This document shows, one piece after another, positions 30,850-41,185 of a stretch of 64,000 bases of DNA. Source of the DNA: Bdellovibrionales bacterium (GTDB lineage: Bacteria > Bdellovibrionota > Bdellovibrionia > Bdellovibrionales > JAGQZY01). Made by a program: the position numbers and the translations under genes. How positions within the stretch are numbered: position 1 is the first letter of the stretch; each line of letters begins with the position of its first letter. Under the pieces are notes generated by a model. The model worked only from the letters and a program-made list of their open reading frames with translations, searched no databases and was not told the origin of the DNA. The stretch covers positions 739,949 to 803,948 of the forward strand of contig CAXRHT010000003.1 of NCBI GenBank assembly GCA_964230645.1. Direction: 5' to 3'.

Positions 30850-30855
30850 TAAAAA

Positions 30856-31569
30856 ATGGGCCATTTTTTTCGTAAAGATCGAGACGACAAACGAGGGAAA
30901 TGGACGGATGTCATAAAATCTTTACTCACTATTTTGATTCTTTACTTGGGGTTTCGATGGATCCTTTGGGAGCCATTTGTGATTCCCTCAAGCAGTATGG
31001 AAAAAACACTTTTGATACAAGACTACGTCTTGGTCAATAAACATGCCTATGGGGTCAGGGTTCCCCTTTCTAAATCCTGGCTGATTGGCCCCAAGGTTCC
31101 TAAACGAGGTGAGGTGGTCGTCTTTAAATCTAAACAAGACGACAACCTGTTTTTAGTGAAAAGAGTGATCGGCCTACCGGGCGATAAAATTACAATGGAT
31201 GAAAAAGGCTTTATCCAAGTGAATCGAACACCTTTTGTTTACGAAGCCTTCGAGGATGATAGTGACGAGTTCTCAGCCTATAAAGAATCCAATGGAGAGC
31301 ACACCTATCGAATTCAAATCCGTTCTGGTGGCAAAGTGAATCCAGAAAGTTACGAGGTTCCTGAGGGACATATTTTTCTTATGGGTGATAATCGCGATTA
31401 CTCCTCTGACAGTCGTATATGGGGCCCTTTACCTTTAGAAAATATCATGGGAAAATTAGAACTGATTTGGTTTAGTTGTGAGGAATCCGACAAGCTCTCT
31501 AGTTTTCTATGCGCCCCCAGTGATTTTCGAACGGAGCGATTCTTCCAGGCTGTTGATTCAGGAGTATAG
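30856..31569 (+). CDS. lepB: Signal peptidase I (paralogue 2)
   Basis: IPSSSM, LVKRVIG, MGDNRDYSSDSR. Confidence 0.93.
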   Translation: MGHFFRKDRDDKRGKWTDVIKSLLTILILYLGFRWILWEPFVIPSSSMEKTLLIQDYVLVNKHAYGVRVPLSKSWLIGPKVPKRGEVVVFKSKQDDNLFLVKRVIGLPGDKITMDEKGFIQVNRTPFVYEAFEDDSDEFSAYKESNGEHTYRIQIRSGGKVNPESYEVPEGHIFLMGDNRDYSSDSRIWGPLPLENIMGKLELIWFSCEESDKLSSFLCAPSDFRTERFFQAVDSGV

Positions 31570-31573
31570 GTAA

Positions 31574-32218
31574 GTGAAATATCCCATTCAGGTTTTATTC
31601 CGAGAATATTTCGAAGGGATTTTAGCGGCCGTCTTTCTGGCGTTATTTTTACGCTTCTTCGTCATCAGTATTCTTTATATGCCCACCAACAATATGGAGC
31701 CAAACCTGAAGAGGGGAGACTTTATTATCGGCTGGAGACTGGCTTATGGGTTTCCTCTTCCGCTTATGAGAGGTGAAAGGCTTAATAGTAAAGTACCCGA
31801 AGCCGGTGATATGATCTCCTTTCGTTTCCCAGGAGACGAAGACCAAACAATCATTAGAAGAGTGGTAGGCCTCCCCGGAGATAAAATTAAAATCACCAAC
31901 GGCCGAATTTTCGTCAACGATCATCCCTTAATACTCAAAGAAGAAAAAAAAGGCGTTTTCATAGAGCAAGCCGACAGCACTGGCAAAACCTACAAAGTCC
32001 GCCATAATCCTGAAGTCGAAATCGACAGTCTCCAGGTCCCAGAAAATTCTCTATTCGTTCTCGCCGACAACCGTTTCAAAGCCGACGACTCAAGAGACTG
32101 GGGCTTTGTCCCCATAAAAAACGTAGAAAGCAAAATCTCCTGGATCTGGCTCTCCGTCGACAACTCCCAACCCACAACCCAAATCCGCTGGCCCCGCCTC
32201 TTCCAATGGGTCCATTAA
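31574..32218 (+). CDS. Signal peptidase I-like protein with a degenerate Ser/Lys dyad
   Basis: S26 fold motifs are retained, but the catalytic boxes read MPTNNM and IIRRVVG; box E reads LADNRFKADDSR. Confidence 0.85.
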   Translation: MKYPIQVLFREYFEGILAAVFLALFLRFFVISILYMPTNNMEPNLKRGDFIIGWRLAYGFPLPLMRGERLNSKVPEAGDMISFRFPGDEDQTIIRRVVGLPGDKIKITNGRIFVNDHPLILKEEKKGVFIEQADSTGKTYKVRHNPEVEIDSLQVPENSLFVLADNRFKADDSRDWGFVPIKNVESKISWIWLSVDNSQPTTQIRWPRLFQWVH

Positions 32219-32221
32219 TAA

Positions 32222-32444
32222 GAAATCTCTATTATTAAAGATTTTCCGATAAATCCGCGATTAGCCGCTTCCATATGTTGAGAAATATAGGGCTGACTGC
32301 GGCTCTGACAAGCGGGACGCGCTCGCCCGCAGGGCGATGTCAGCAAAGCAGGAGCTGTGCCCAGGCAGTCCTATATTTCTCAACATATGGAAGCGGCTAA
32401 TCGCGCCCCGATGAGAATTCTGTCCCTTTAATAATCAGAGTTTC
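32222..32444. repeat. Nested inverted-repeat element (36-bp perfect inner arms)
   Basis: 32256-32291 is the exact reverse complement of 32370-32405. Imperfect outer arms: gaaatctctattattaaag / ctttaataatcagagtttc. Confidence 0.9.
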
Positions 32445-32490
32445 CCAGAGTCTTGACTTTCCCCAAACCCAGTGAGAGTGTCTTTTTTTA

Positions 32491-33408
32491 ATGACCTCCT
32501 ACAATACGCGCTCTTATCTCTGGGTTGATGATCTTCCACAGGAAGACATTCAACAGCTGTTTACCCAAGCCACTCAAATTAAAAAGCATTTAACCCGTGG
32601 AATTCACCCAAGATTTCTCGAAGGAAAACAAGTCGCTCTGGTTTTCAGTGAAGCGAGCACTCGTACTAAAATGTCCTTTCAATTGGCCGCTCAAAGATTA
32701 GGAGCACAGTGTCTCGTAATTGATAACGTCAGAAGCTCGAGCATGAGTAAGGGCGAGACATTCTTTGACACATTCTGGACTCTGCATTCGATTAAACCAG
32801 ACTTATTTGTGGTTCGCTGTGGCGACGATGATCCTCTAGGCGAGGTGACTAAGAAAAGCCAAATCCCTGTTATAAATGCCGGCTTTGGGGCAAAATCTCA
32901 TCCTACTCAGGCCTTGTTAGATGCCTTTACCATTCAGGAGCGTTTTGGGAAGTTCAAAGGGGTGAAAGTCCTCCTGGTAGGGGACATCGATCATAGCCGA
33001 GTGGCGTCTTCAGATATTAAATTATTGAAAAGCTTCGGTGCTGATGTGAAAGTCTGTGCACCGAATAGTTTCTATAAAAAAGACCTAGGGGTGGAGAACA
33101 TCTCTAGTTTAGACGAAGCCCTTAGCTGGTGTGATGTTTATATGGGACTACGTGTGCAGTTTGAGCGTCATGAAGCGAAAAATGATTTCCTAAGTGAGGA
33201 GGATTATATTGCAGCTTATAGTCTTAATTCTCAGCGCCTAGAAAAGCTCTCAGAAGAGGCCATCATTATGCATCCGGGGCCTGTAAACTGGGGTGTGGAG
33301 TTTCAAACATCTGTGCAAGAAGATAAAAGGTTGGTGATGTGGCAGCAAAAAGAAAACGGTGTATACACCCGTGCTGCCTTAATGGAAAAGTTGTTAAAAA
33401 GTGAGTAG
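32491..33408 (+). CDS. pyrB: Aspartate carbamoyltransferase catalytic subunit
   Basis: FSEASTRTKMSF, SSMSKGET, HPTQALLD, GDIDHSRVA, RVQFER, MHPGP. Confidence 0.95.
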   Translation: MTSYNTRSYLWVDDLPQEDIQQLFTQATQIKKHLTRGIHPRFLEGKQVALVFSEASTRTKMSFQLAAQRLGAQCLVIDNVRSSSMSKGETFFDTFWTLHSIKPDLFVVRCGDDDPLGEVTKKSQIPVINAGFGAKSHPTQALLDAFTIQERFGKFKGVKVLLVGDIDHSRVASSDIKLLKSFGADVKVCAPNSFYKKDLGVENISSLDEALSWCDVYMGLRVQFERHEAKNDFLSEEDYIAAYSLNSQRLEKLSEEAIIMHPGPVNWGVEFQTSVQEDKRLVMWQQKENGVYTRAALMEKLLKSE

Positions 33409-33411
33409 GTT

Positions 33412-34482
33412 GTGAAAAAAGGATTTCTAGTTTTAGAAGATGGACAAACTTTTCAAGGCGATTGGTTGGTGGGAGAGCCCTCTGTCGGAGAGATTGTGTT
33501 TAACACCTCTCATAATGGCTACGAGGAAATCGCCACCGACCCTTCTTACTATGGTCAAATTATGGTCATGAGTGCGCCCCAACAAGGAAATTACGGGGTG
33601 GATAAGCTTTTCTGGGAATCCCGCCAACTTTGGATCAACGGATTTATTGCTTTAGAGATTCAAAAAAGTAAGGCTAACTCCGCTTGGCTCAAAAGATTAG
33701 AAGAGCAGAAGATTCCCGCGATTGATTCCTTCGACACTCGTTCTCTCGTTCTCAGTCTGAGAGAAGGGGGCACGCGAGTCGGTGCGATGGTCAGTGCCGA
33801 AGACGAAAACTCTGCAAAACAAGAAGCTTCAAAGTTAATTTCTGCTTTCAAAGACAAATCAAAAGACTGGGCCTTTGAAGTTTCAAGAAAAGAAGTTCAA
33901 AAAATTCAGGGAGCCAAAGGAACAGGTCCGAAAGTGGCTGTTCTAGATTTCGGTTGTAAAGAAAATATTCTAAGAGAGTTGATCACGCGGTGTAGTGAGA
34001 TTGTCATCTTTCCTTCACGGACTTCGGCTAGTGAAATCATGGAACACAAGCCCGCCGGACTCATGCTTAGTAACGGCCCTGGTGACCCAGAAAATGTTGA
34101 GGTAGCTGTCGAAACAATTGAAGAGCTCCTTGGAAAGATTCCTATTTTTGGAATCTGTATGGGGCATCAATTATTGGGGCGTGCACTAGGGGCGGAAACA
34201 TTCAAACTACGATTTGGGCACAGGGGTTCCAACCATCCCATTAAAAATATGCAATCTGGTGAAGTCTTTATGACCAGTCAGAATCACGGTTATGCCGTGA
34301 AAGAGGACGGCTTAAAAGCCGAAGTGATAATCACTCACAAAAATTTAAACGATCAAACCGTTTCAGGAATTGAATGTCGTGATTTACGTTGTTTTAGTGT
34401 TCAGTTTCATCCAGAGAGCCATCCTGGCCCTCGAGATGCGGTGACCTTGTTTGACCAGTTTGTCGAGTGGATGGAGTCATGA
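33412..34482 (+). CDS. carA: Carbamoyl-phosphate synthase small subunit
   Basis: GEIVFNTS..GY.E..TDPSY.GQ, LSNGPGDP, GICMGHQ, QFHPE. Confidence 0.97.
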   Translation: MKKGFLVLEDGQTFQGDWLVGEPSVGEIVFNTSHNGYEEIATDPSYYGQIMVMSAPQQGNYGVDKLFWESRQLWINGFIALEIQKSKANSAWLKRLEEQKIPAIDSFDTRSLVLSLREGGTRVGAMVSAEDENSAKQEASKLISAFKDKSKDWAFEVSRKEVQKIQGAKGTGPKVAVLDFGCKENILRELITRCSEIVIFPSRTSASEIMEHKPAGLMLSNGPGDPENVEVAVETIEELLGKIPIFGICMGHQLLGRALGAETFKLRFGHRGSNHPIKNMQSGEVFMTSQNHGYAVKEDGLKAEVIITHKNLNDQTVSGIECRDLRCFSVQFHPESHPGPRDAVTLFDQFVEWMES

Positions 34483-35126
34483 ATTACGCGGATGCCGTTG
34501 AAAAATTATCCATCTATTTCTCATCTCCCAGTTATGAAAAAGAAGTTGTGCAGGCCAAATCCCATTTTTTTGGAGATGTGGGTGTGGATGACAAAGAGAG
34601 TGACCGCTACGAACAGTGGATGAATATCTTTTTTGATTGGTACCTCTTTACAAGGCCCATCAGTGGAATGAATCTACCTCCCGCCCAATACGCGTTGGAA
34701 ATCGATGAATTCCAACAACTTCATGGTGATGAGAAAAGAATTTTCCAAAATTTAGCAAAAACAGAACATAGTCTTCTCCAGTTTTTGAAACAAAAAGGAG
34801 AGTTTGTTTTTTTTAAAGACTTGTTTCGAAAAAGAAAAGTCAAAGTAGTGAATAACGATTTTGTGATCACTTTAGAAAAAGGTGATATTTGCGATGCCCG
34901 GTTGATTCCTGATGAAGATCATTTCTTTTTCACCAAAGGTTTTTGTTGCCACCCCAGAGAGGTTAACAAATTTATCTTAAAAGAGGTAAAGGCTCTCAAA
35001 AAAGCCGATCCCTCAATACAGCAGGCTTTCCAACTCGAATTAATTAGAATGTTTTTTAAAATGGAACAATACAGTCATCTGAGCTTAGATCAAATTTACA
35101 CTCGTGATAGTAAAGTGAGGTTTTAG
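34479..35126 (+). CDS. Hypothetical protein, translationally coupled between carA and carB
   Basis: ATGA overlap with carA; 1-nt overlap with the carB GTG. Confidence 0.8.
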   Translation: MNYADAVEKLSIYFSSPSYEKEVVQAKSHFFGDVGVDDKESDRYEQWMNIFFDWYLFTRPISGMNLPPAQYALEIDEFQQLHGDEKRIFQNLAKTEHSLLQFLKQKGEFVFFKDLFRKRKVKVVNNDFVITLEKGDICDARLIPDEDHFFFTKGFCCHPREVNKFILKEVKALKKADPSIQQAFQLELIRMFFKMEQYSHLSLDQIYTRDSKVRF

Positions 35127-38100
35127 TGCCAAGAATAGAGAAATATAAAAAAGTTCTGATCCTTGGAAGTGGTCCCATTGTTATCGGACAAGCTTGTGAG
35201 TTTGATTACTCTGGAACGCAAGCCTGTAAAGCGCTTGTTGCTGAAGGCTTAGAGGTCATCCTTGTGAATTCAAACCCAGCCACTATTATGACGGACCCAG
35301 ATATCGCATCTAAGGTTTATATCGAACCTTTGAAAAAAGAATATCTTGAAAAGATATTAGCAAAAGAAAGACCGGACGCCATTATCCCAACTCTCGGTGG
35401 ACAAACCGCTTTGAACTTAGGACTAGAGCTTAACCGCGAAGGCATCTTAGAAAAATATGATGTGGAAATGATCGGTGCCACCCCAGAAATTATCCAGTCC
35501 GCGGAAGAAAGAGAAACCTTCAACCGTATCCTGCAAAAAGTGGGAGCTAAGCATACAAAATCTCGTATGGTCCGAGAGTTCAAGCAAGGCCTACAGGTGG
35601 CCGAGGAAATTGGCTTCCCGATCATTTTACGACCGAACTTCACCCTTGGTGGGGGAGGAGGCGGTGTTGCTTACTCCAAGGAAGAATATGAAAATATGTT
35701 AGCGCGCGCATTGGGTGAGAGTCCGACCTCTGAAGTGCTTGTAGAAGAAAGCATTCTTGGTTGGAAAGAGTACGAGCTGGAGGTCATGCGCGATCGCTCA
35801 GGCACTTTTGTTGTTATTTGCTCCATCGAGAATTTAGATCCTTGTGGTGTGCACACAGGTGACTCAATAACTGTTGCGCCTCAACAAACTCTCTCTGAAG
35901 CCGAGTATCAGGACATGCGCGATGAGGCCAGGAAAATACTCGATGCCGTTGGCCTTGAGTGCGGGGGCGCGAACATCCAATTTGCTGTTAACCCTGCAAA
36001 TAAAAAGCGAGTGGTTATTGAAATGAACCCAAGGGTTTCTCGCTCCTCAGCCCTTGCCAGTAAAGCCACCGGGTTTCCGATTGCAAAGATCGCTGCACTT
36101 CTTGCCATTGGTTACCGTCTTGATGAAATCACCAATGACATCACAAAAACGACTCCCTCTTGTTATGAACCAGCGCTGGATTATGTGGTCACAAAGATAC
36201 CTCGCTTTGCCTTTGAAAAGTTTGTGGGTTCAAAAGATGAGCTCTCCACTCAGATGAAGAGTGTGGGAGAGGTGATGAGCATTGGGCGGACCTTTAAAGA
36301 AAGTTTGCAAAAAGCCCTTTGCTCTCAAGAATTCTCCCATGGTTTTGAAGAATTTAGTTTTGATAAAAATGGTCTTTCTTATCCTAATAGCAAAAGAATA
36401 TATCATATCGCTCAGGCTTTTAGAGAAGGCTTGAGTGTTGATGAAGTTGAAAAGCTAACCTTAGTAAATCCCTGGTACCTTGAGCAGATCAAAGAGATCA
36501 TCGATTACGAGAAGATTCTTCGTGATAGTAAACTTGAGAAAGAAGTACTACTAAAAGCAAAGCGCCTTGGTTACTCGGACATTCGCATCGCTGAGATCTG
36601 TGGACTCGAAGTCACGGAAGTTAAAAAGATGCGTCAAGATTTGGGCGTGTTGCCCGCTTATTTCCAGGTGGATACCTGTGCCGGAGAATTTGCCTCGGAA
36701 ACTCCCTATTTTTACTCAACCTACTGGGGGCAGCCAGAAACACTGCCGGCCAATGACAAGCGCGTTGTGATCATCGGAAGTGGGCCGAACCGTATTGGCC
36801 AGGGAATTGAATTTGACTACTGCTGTGTGCGTGGAGTGAAGCAGCTTCAGAATATGGGTTATGAGGTCATCATGATCAACTCAAACCCTGAAACCGTTTC
36901 CACAGATTACGACACATCAGACCAGCTTTTCTTTGAGCCACTTTCCACCGAGCGTGTTTTGGATGTTCTTAACTTCGTAAAACCGGTAGGAGTGATCCTG
37001 CAACTTGGTGGACAAACCCCATTATCTCTAGTGCACGATTTGCATTCCTTCGGGGTTCCTCTTTTAGGCTCTTCGGTTGAGTCAATTGACTTTACCGAAG
37101 ATCGCTCACGCTTTTCCAAAGTTTGTGAGGGCATTGGCTTTGAAATCCCGGTTTCAGGTCTTGCGTCGAATTGGGAAGAAGCGAAGTCTGCCAGCCAAAA
37201 AATTGGTTTTCCGCTAATTTGTCGTCCAAGCTACGTTCTTGGCGGGCGTAGAATGGAAGTGATTGAAAACGAAGACAGTCTCGAAAAGTATTTTAAAAAA
37301 TACGCCGCCGACATCAGTGAAAAGGCACCCTGTTTTATGGATCAATTCCTAGAGGGAGCCATCGAAGTGGATGTTGATATTGTTCGCGGTAAAGACTGGA
37401 GTATTGTCGGTGGCGTGATTGAGCATATTGAAGCCGCCGGGGTTCACTCCGGTGACAGTATGGGAGTGATTCCTCCGCAAAGACTGCGTGATGATGTTCT
37501 AAAGAGTATTGAAAACTACGGACTTCAGTTGGCGGATAAATTGGATGTCATAGGACATCTCAATGTTCAGCTAGCCATTAAAGATGACCGCATTTACATT
37601 ATCGAAGCCAATCCGCGCTGCTCGAGAACGGTTCCCTTCCTTGCCAAAGCCGCCGGGATTCCAATCGTTGATTTAGGAATCCATGCCATGATGGGCACCA
37701 AGAAGGAGCAATTAGAACTTGAGCGTTACGATTGGAAGAAGTCTCCTTACGTGTGTGTGAAAGGTGTTGTCTTTCCATTTAAAAAGTTTCCTGAAGCCGA
37801 TTCTATTCTGGGACCTGAAATGAAATCCACTGGCGAGTCTATGGGACGTGGCAAGGCTTACAGTGAAGCTCTCCTTAAAGCCTTTCTAGCCTCTCAAATG
37901 GAGCTTCCTGAAAGAGGGGAGGTCTTTCTTTCTTTAAGAGAAAAAGACAAGAAGTCTCTCCTTCCTGTGGCAAAATCATTGGTTGAAATGGGTTACACTC
38001 TCTCAGGAACGGCTGGAACCGCTAGTTTCCTCTACGAGAATGGCGTTGACTGTATTCCTGTAAAAAAAGTGCATGAGGGTCGTCCCAATTGTGTGGATCG

Positions 38101-38293
38101 TATTCGCTCTGGAAAAGTGGACCTCGTTATAAACACAACCTCTGGTCGACAATCGCTGGAGGCTTCTTTTAGCATCCGCAGAAGTTGTACTGATTTTGCT
38201 GTCCCCTGTATTACGGAAGATCATGCCGCTGAGGCTATGGCCATTGCTTTACAAACGCAGAAGTCCGGGCAGTTCGACGTTTATCCTCTTTAG
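35126..38293 (+). CDS. carB: Carbamoyl-phosphate synthase large subunit
   Basis: [21 protein letters not shown], duplicated ATP-grasp domains, C-terminal MGS domain. Confidence 0.99.
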   Translation: MPRIEKYKKVLILGSGPIVIGQACEFDYSGTQACKALVAEGLEVILVNSNPATIMTDPDIASKVYIEPLKKEYLEKILAKERPDAIIPTLGGQTALNLGLELNREGILEKYDVEMIGATPEIIQSAEERETFNRILQKVGAKHTKSRMVREFKQGLQVAEEIGFPIILRPNFTLGGGGGGVAYSKEEYENMLARALGESPTSEVLVEESILGWKEYELEVMRDRSGTFVVICSIENLDPCGVHTGDSITVAPQQTLSEAEYQDMRDEARKILDAVGLECGGANIQFAVNPANKKRVVIEMNPRVSRSSALASKATGFPIAKIAALLAIGYRLDEITNDITKTTPSCYEPALDYVVTKIPRFAFEKFVGSKDELSTQMKSVGEVMSIGRTFKESLQKALCSQEFSHGFEEFSFDKNGLSYPNSKRIYHIAQAFREGLSVDEVEKLTLVNPWYLEQIKEIIDYEKILRDSKLEKEVLLKAKRLGYSDIRIAEICGLEVTEVKKMRQDLGVLPAYFQVDTCAGEFASETPYFYSTYWGQPETLPANDKRVVIIGSGPNRIGQGIEFDYCCVRGVKQLQNMGYEVIMINSNPETVSTDYDTSDQLFFEPLSTERVLDVLNFVKPVGVILQLGGQTPLSLVHDLHSFGVPLLGSSVESIDFTEDRSRFSKVCEGIGFEIPVSGLASNWEEAKSASQKIGFPLICRPSYVLGGRRMEVIENEDSLEKYFKKYAADISEKAPCFMDQFLEGAIEVDVDIVRGKDWSIVGGVIEHIEAAGVHSGDSMGVIPPQRLRDDVLKSIENYGLQLADKLDVIGHLNVQLAIKDDRIYIIEANPRCSRTVPFLAKAAGIPIVDLGIHAMMGTKKEQLELERYDWKKSPYVCVKGVVFPFKKFPEADSILGPEMKSTGESMGRGKAYSEALLKAFLASQMELPERGEVFLSLREKDKKSLLPVAKSLVEMGYTLSGTAGTASFLYENGVDCIPVKKVHEGRPNCVDRIRSGKVDLVINTTSGRQSLEASFSIRRSCTDFAVPCITEDHAAEAMAIALQTQKSGQFDVYPL

Positions 38294-38300
38294 TTAGCAG

Positions 38301-38324
38301 TGGAAGTCTCTAGTGAGGCTTCCA
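38301..38324 (+). terminator. Hairpin downstream of carB
   Basis: TGGAAGTCTC-tagt-GAGGCTTCCA; weak U-tail. Confidence 0.45.
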
Positions 38325-38350
38325 TTCGGTTGTCTAAAAACATCCACGCA

Positions 38351-38376
38351 GTCATTCTGAGCGTAGCGAAGAATCT
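38351..38376 (+). repeat. REP-like short palindromic element
   Basis: GTCATTCTGAGCGTAGCGAAGAATCT; related to the element at 11036. Confidence 0.5.
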
Positions 38377-38523
38377 GTCACCAATGAACCTGGCAGGCAA
38401 TCAGACTCTTATTCATGTCAGCTCAATAACCTTAGGTCCTGCGTCGAAGCTTGGACACTCGCTTTGTAATGCCTGAGTTTTTCATTACAATTAGGTTCTC
38501 AGTCAAAAAAGGGGGCACTTTCA

Positions 38524-39411
38524 ATGATTTTGGAAGTAAAAAATCTCAATAAAAGCTTTCGACACCCTTGGAAGCTTCAAAAAATCCAAGTTCTTAAAGA
38601 TGTTAATTTTCACGTCGACAAAAAAGCTATTGTTGGCTTTCTCGGTTCCAACGGAGCGGGAAAGACCACAAGTATAAAATGTTTGCTTGGTTTACTGACA
38701 TTTGATTCTGGCGATTTGAAGGTCTTTGGTAAAGACCACCTTGATAAAGAGGTGAAAAAGAATATCGGATATTTACCAGAAAGACCTTTTTTCTATAATT
38801 ACTTAACAGCTGAGGAGTTTTTAACCTTTTACGGACAACTCAGTGGATTAGATAAGTCCCAGTTAGATAAAAGAATTGATGAGCTCTTAGATGTGGTCGG
38901 CTTAAGCCACGCGAAGAAAATGTATCTAAAGCAGTTCTCAAAGGGAATGTTACAACGGGTGGGAATGGCGCAGGCCTTAATTCATCGACCTAAACTTCTT
39001 ATTTTAGATGAGCCCCTTTCCGGTCTTGATCCCGATGGCCGTCGTCAGCTTGTTAAAATTATTCAAAATGCCTATGACAATGAAGAGTCATCCATCTTTT
39101 TCTCAAGCCACCTGCTTGATGACATTGATCGTCTTTGCCAAGAACTCGTAGTGATCAAAAAAGGGGTGGTGGAGTTTTGCGGTAAAAAGTCAGAGTTCGT
39201 TGATCGAGGCGATCGAAAGTTTCAAATCTCCTATAATTCTCAGGGGCATAGACAGAAACTTAAAGTCGACAACATCACCCAACTACAAAAAGAAATTGAT
39301 ACCATTCGCAAGCAAGGTTTTGAAATTATTGGAGTGGAGCAAGAGAAAGTCAGCTTAGACCGCGCTTTCAAAGAATTTCATGGTCAAGAGGTTGAAGAGG
39401 TGGAAGCATGA
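38524..39411 (+). CDS. ABC transporter ATP-binding protein (PilH-like, T4aP-associated)
   Basis: GSNGAGKTT, FSKGMLQR, DEPLSGLDP; upstream of pilD-pilMNOPQ as in myxobacterial pilHI. Confidence 0.85.
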   Translation: MILEVKNLNKSFRHPWKLQKIQVLKDVNFHVDKKAIVGFLGSNGAGKTTSIKCLLGLLTFDSGDLKVFGKDHLDKEVKKNIGYLPERPFFYNYLTAEEFLTFYGQLSGLDKSQLDKRIDELLDVVGLSHAKKMYLKQFSKGMLQRVGMAQALIHRPKLLILDEPLSGLDPDGRRQLVKIIQNAYDNEESSIFFSSHLLDDIDRLCQELVVIKKGVVEFCGKKSEFVDRGDRKFQISYNSQGHRQKLKVDNITQLQKEIDTIRKQGFEIIGVEQEKVSLDRAFKEFHGQEVEEVEA

Positions 39412-40178
39412 AGTTTGCAAGTTTGGTTGTAGCAAAAAACACCTATATCGAAATGATTAGAGATCGAGTGCTTTACTTTGTGGTGGTGTTTTCACTCCTT
39501 TTTATGGCCTTGTGTTTTGCTCTCGGTCAACTTTCTTATGATGAGATCTTTCGACTCTCGGTTTCCCTCGGCCTTTCAGGCATTCATTTGTGCTTTATCG
39601 GATTAACTATTTTTCTTGGTTGCAGTGTTTTTTTTCGAGAAATAGAGCAGAAGACAATCTATACCTTGTTGGCGCGTCCTATCTCGCGAGACCAGTATCT
39701 TACAGGCAAATACATGGGACTTGTCGGAATTCTCGTTACCCTTCTTTTTGGCTTTTTACTCTGCTTTACCCTGATTGAGCTTCTACTGGGGATGCCGATT
39801 CTTCTGACTTCCTATTACGCTTTCATCGGCTTCTTTTTTGAGTCTTGCATTTTACTCGCGATCACCTTTTTCTTTTCAACTTTCGCGAAACCCTTCCTAT
39901 CAATCACGGGTTCGCTTTCGTTCTTTCTTATTGGACATTGGGTGGGCACTCTTGACTACATTATCGAAAAAAGTGAAGACCTGGTTTTCAAGTTCTTCGC
40001 AATAGGTGTGAGTCGGGTTTTCCCTAATTTAGAAGCCTTAAATTGGCGCCAGTTTGCGATCGCCAAGGCACATGTACCTTCTTATGAGGTTGTCTTTTCC
40101 GTTACGGTCGCGACATTGTGGGCGCTTTTCTTTTTTCTTATGGCTTTGTTGATTTTCAGGAGAAAAGATTTTGAATGA
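39408..40178 (+). CDS. ABC-2 permease (PilI-like)
   Basis: Multiple TMs, REIEQKTIYTLLARPISR...GKY, C-terminal FRRKDF. Confidence 0.85.
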   Translation: MKFASLVVAKNTYIEMIRDRVLYFVVVFSLLFMALCFALGQLSYDEIFRLSVSLGLSGIHLCFIGLTIFLGCSVFFREIEQKTIYTLLARPISRDQYLTGKYMGLVGILVTLLFGFLLCFTLIELLLGMPILLTSYYAFIGFFFESCILLAITFFFSTFAKPFLSITGSLSFFLIGHWVGTLDYIIEKSEDLVFKFFAIGVSRVFPNLEALNWRQFAIAKAHVPSYEVVFSVTVATLWALFFFLMALLIFRRKDFE

Positions 40179-40959
40179 TCACTGGAGTTTGACGGCTTTT
40201 GCCTTCTGGTTTGGCGCCATATGGGGAAGCTTTGCCAACGTAGTCATAGTGCGCCTACCTCTGGGAAAAAGTGTGGTAACACCCCGAAGTCGCTGTCCCC
40301 AGTGTCAATCAGCCATTCCCTGGTATTTGAATATTCCTATTTTTTCTTGGGTTCTACTCAGGGGACGCTGTCACAATTGCAAAAAGAAGATTTCCATTCG
40401 TTATCCGATTGTTGAATTCACAATGGGACTCTTTTTTGCTTCCCTGTTTTATCGTTATGGATGGTCTTTTTCTACATTCGAATATTGGCTCTTTGCCTTT
40501 GCCTTAATTACCTCAAGCTTTATTGATCTTGATCATATGATTTTACCAGACCGCTTTACTTTATCGGGAATCGTTATTGGTCTGGTGGGGGCTTATTTCA
40601 ACCCGGACCGAGTTTTTCTACAGGCATTATTAGGGGTGTTCGTAGGAGGAGGGCTTCTTCTGGGGATCGCGGCTTTTTATCTTTATGTTCGTAAAATTGA
40701 AGGCATGGGTGGGGGAGACATCAAACTTCTGGCTTGGATTGGAGCTGTGTGTGGGTTGAAGTCGCTTCCCTTTGTATTGCTTGCCTCAAGTCTTTTTGGA
40801 ATCCTTTTTGGCCTGGTCTACATGTTCCGTTCCGATGATGGATTAAAGACGGGGTTTCCCTTTGGTCCCTGTTTGGCATTGGCGGCCTTAATTTATCTGC
40901 TTTTTGACACCCATATTTTGATGAGAGTTTTATTTCCCGTCGAAGTCTTATTCAACTAA
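40171..40959 (+). CDS. pilD: Prepilin peptidase
   Basis: GSFANVVI.RLP, CPQC/CHNC, FIDLDH, GMGGGDIKL, PFGP. Confidence 0.95.
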   Translation: MNDHWSLTAFAFWFGAIWGSFANVVIVRLPLGKSVVTPRSRCPQCQSAIPWYLNIPIFSWVLLRGRCHNCKKKISIRYPIVEFTMGLFFASLFYRYGWSFSTFEYWLFAFALITSSFIDLDHMILPDRFTLSGIVIGLVGAYFNPDRVFLQALLGVFVGGGLLLGIAAFYLYVRKIEGMGGGDIKLLAWIGAVCGLKSLPFVLLASSLFGILFGLVYMFRSDDGLKTGFPFGPCLALAALIYLLFDTHILMRVLFPVEVLFN

Positions 40960-41105
40960 ACCTTTGTCGTCCCCGTGGTCGCCCAATTTTTTTCGACCAA
41001 GCATAAAGTCTAGTCCTCTTTAAAAGTCTAACTACAAGCTTCGGTCTAGAGCTGTAAATAATTGAAGATATTAAAAAAAATCTAAAGAATCGGACTTTCG
41101 ACGGT

Positions 41106-41134
41106 TTGACTTTAGTTCATGCCTTCGATTTAAT
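41106..41134 (+). promoter_or_regulatory. sigma70-like promoter of pilM
   Basis: TTGACT-N17-TTTAAT. Confidence 0.4.
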
Positions 41135-41185
41135 TTTAGGATAGGAAAGGTCCAGTTAATTTGAAGCGGCATCAGAGAAGGTTTC

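Noticed and set aside
32256..32405. CRISPR mini-array (36-bp repeat unit)
   Set aside because: The two copies are inverted, not direct; there is no third copy and no cas gene. No CRISPR array was seen anywhere in the window.
32256..32490. PyrR-binding attenuator upstream of pyrB
   Set aside because: No AGTCCAGAGAGGCT-type loop and no pyrR gene; the region is explained by the long inverted repeat.
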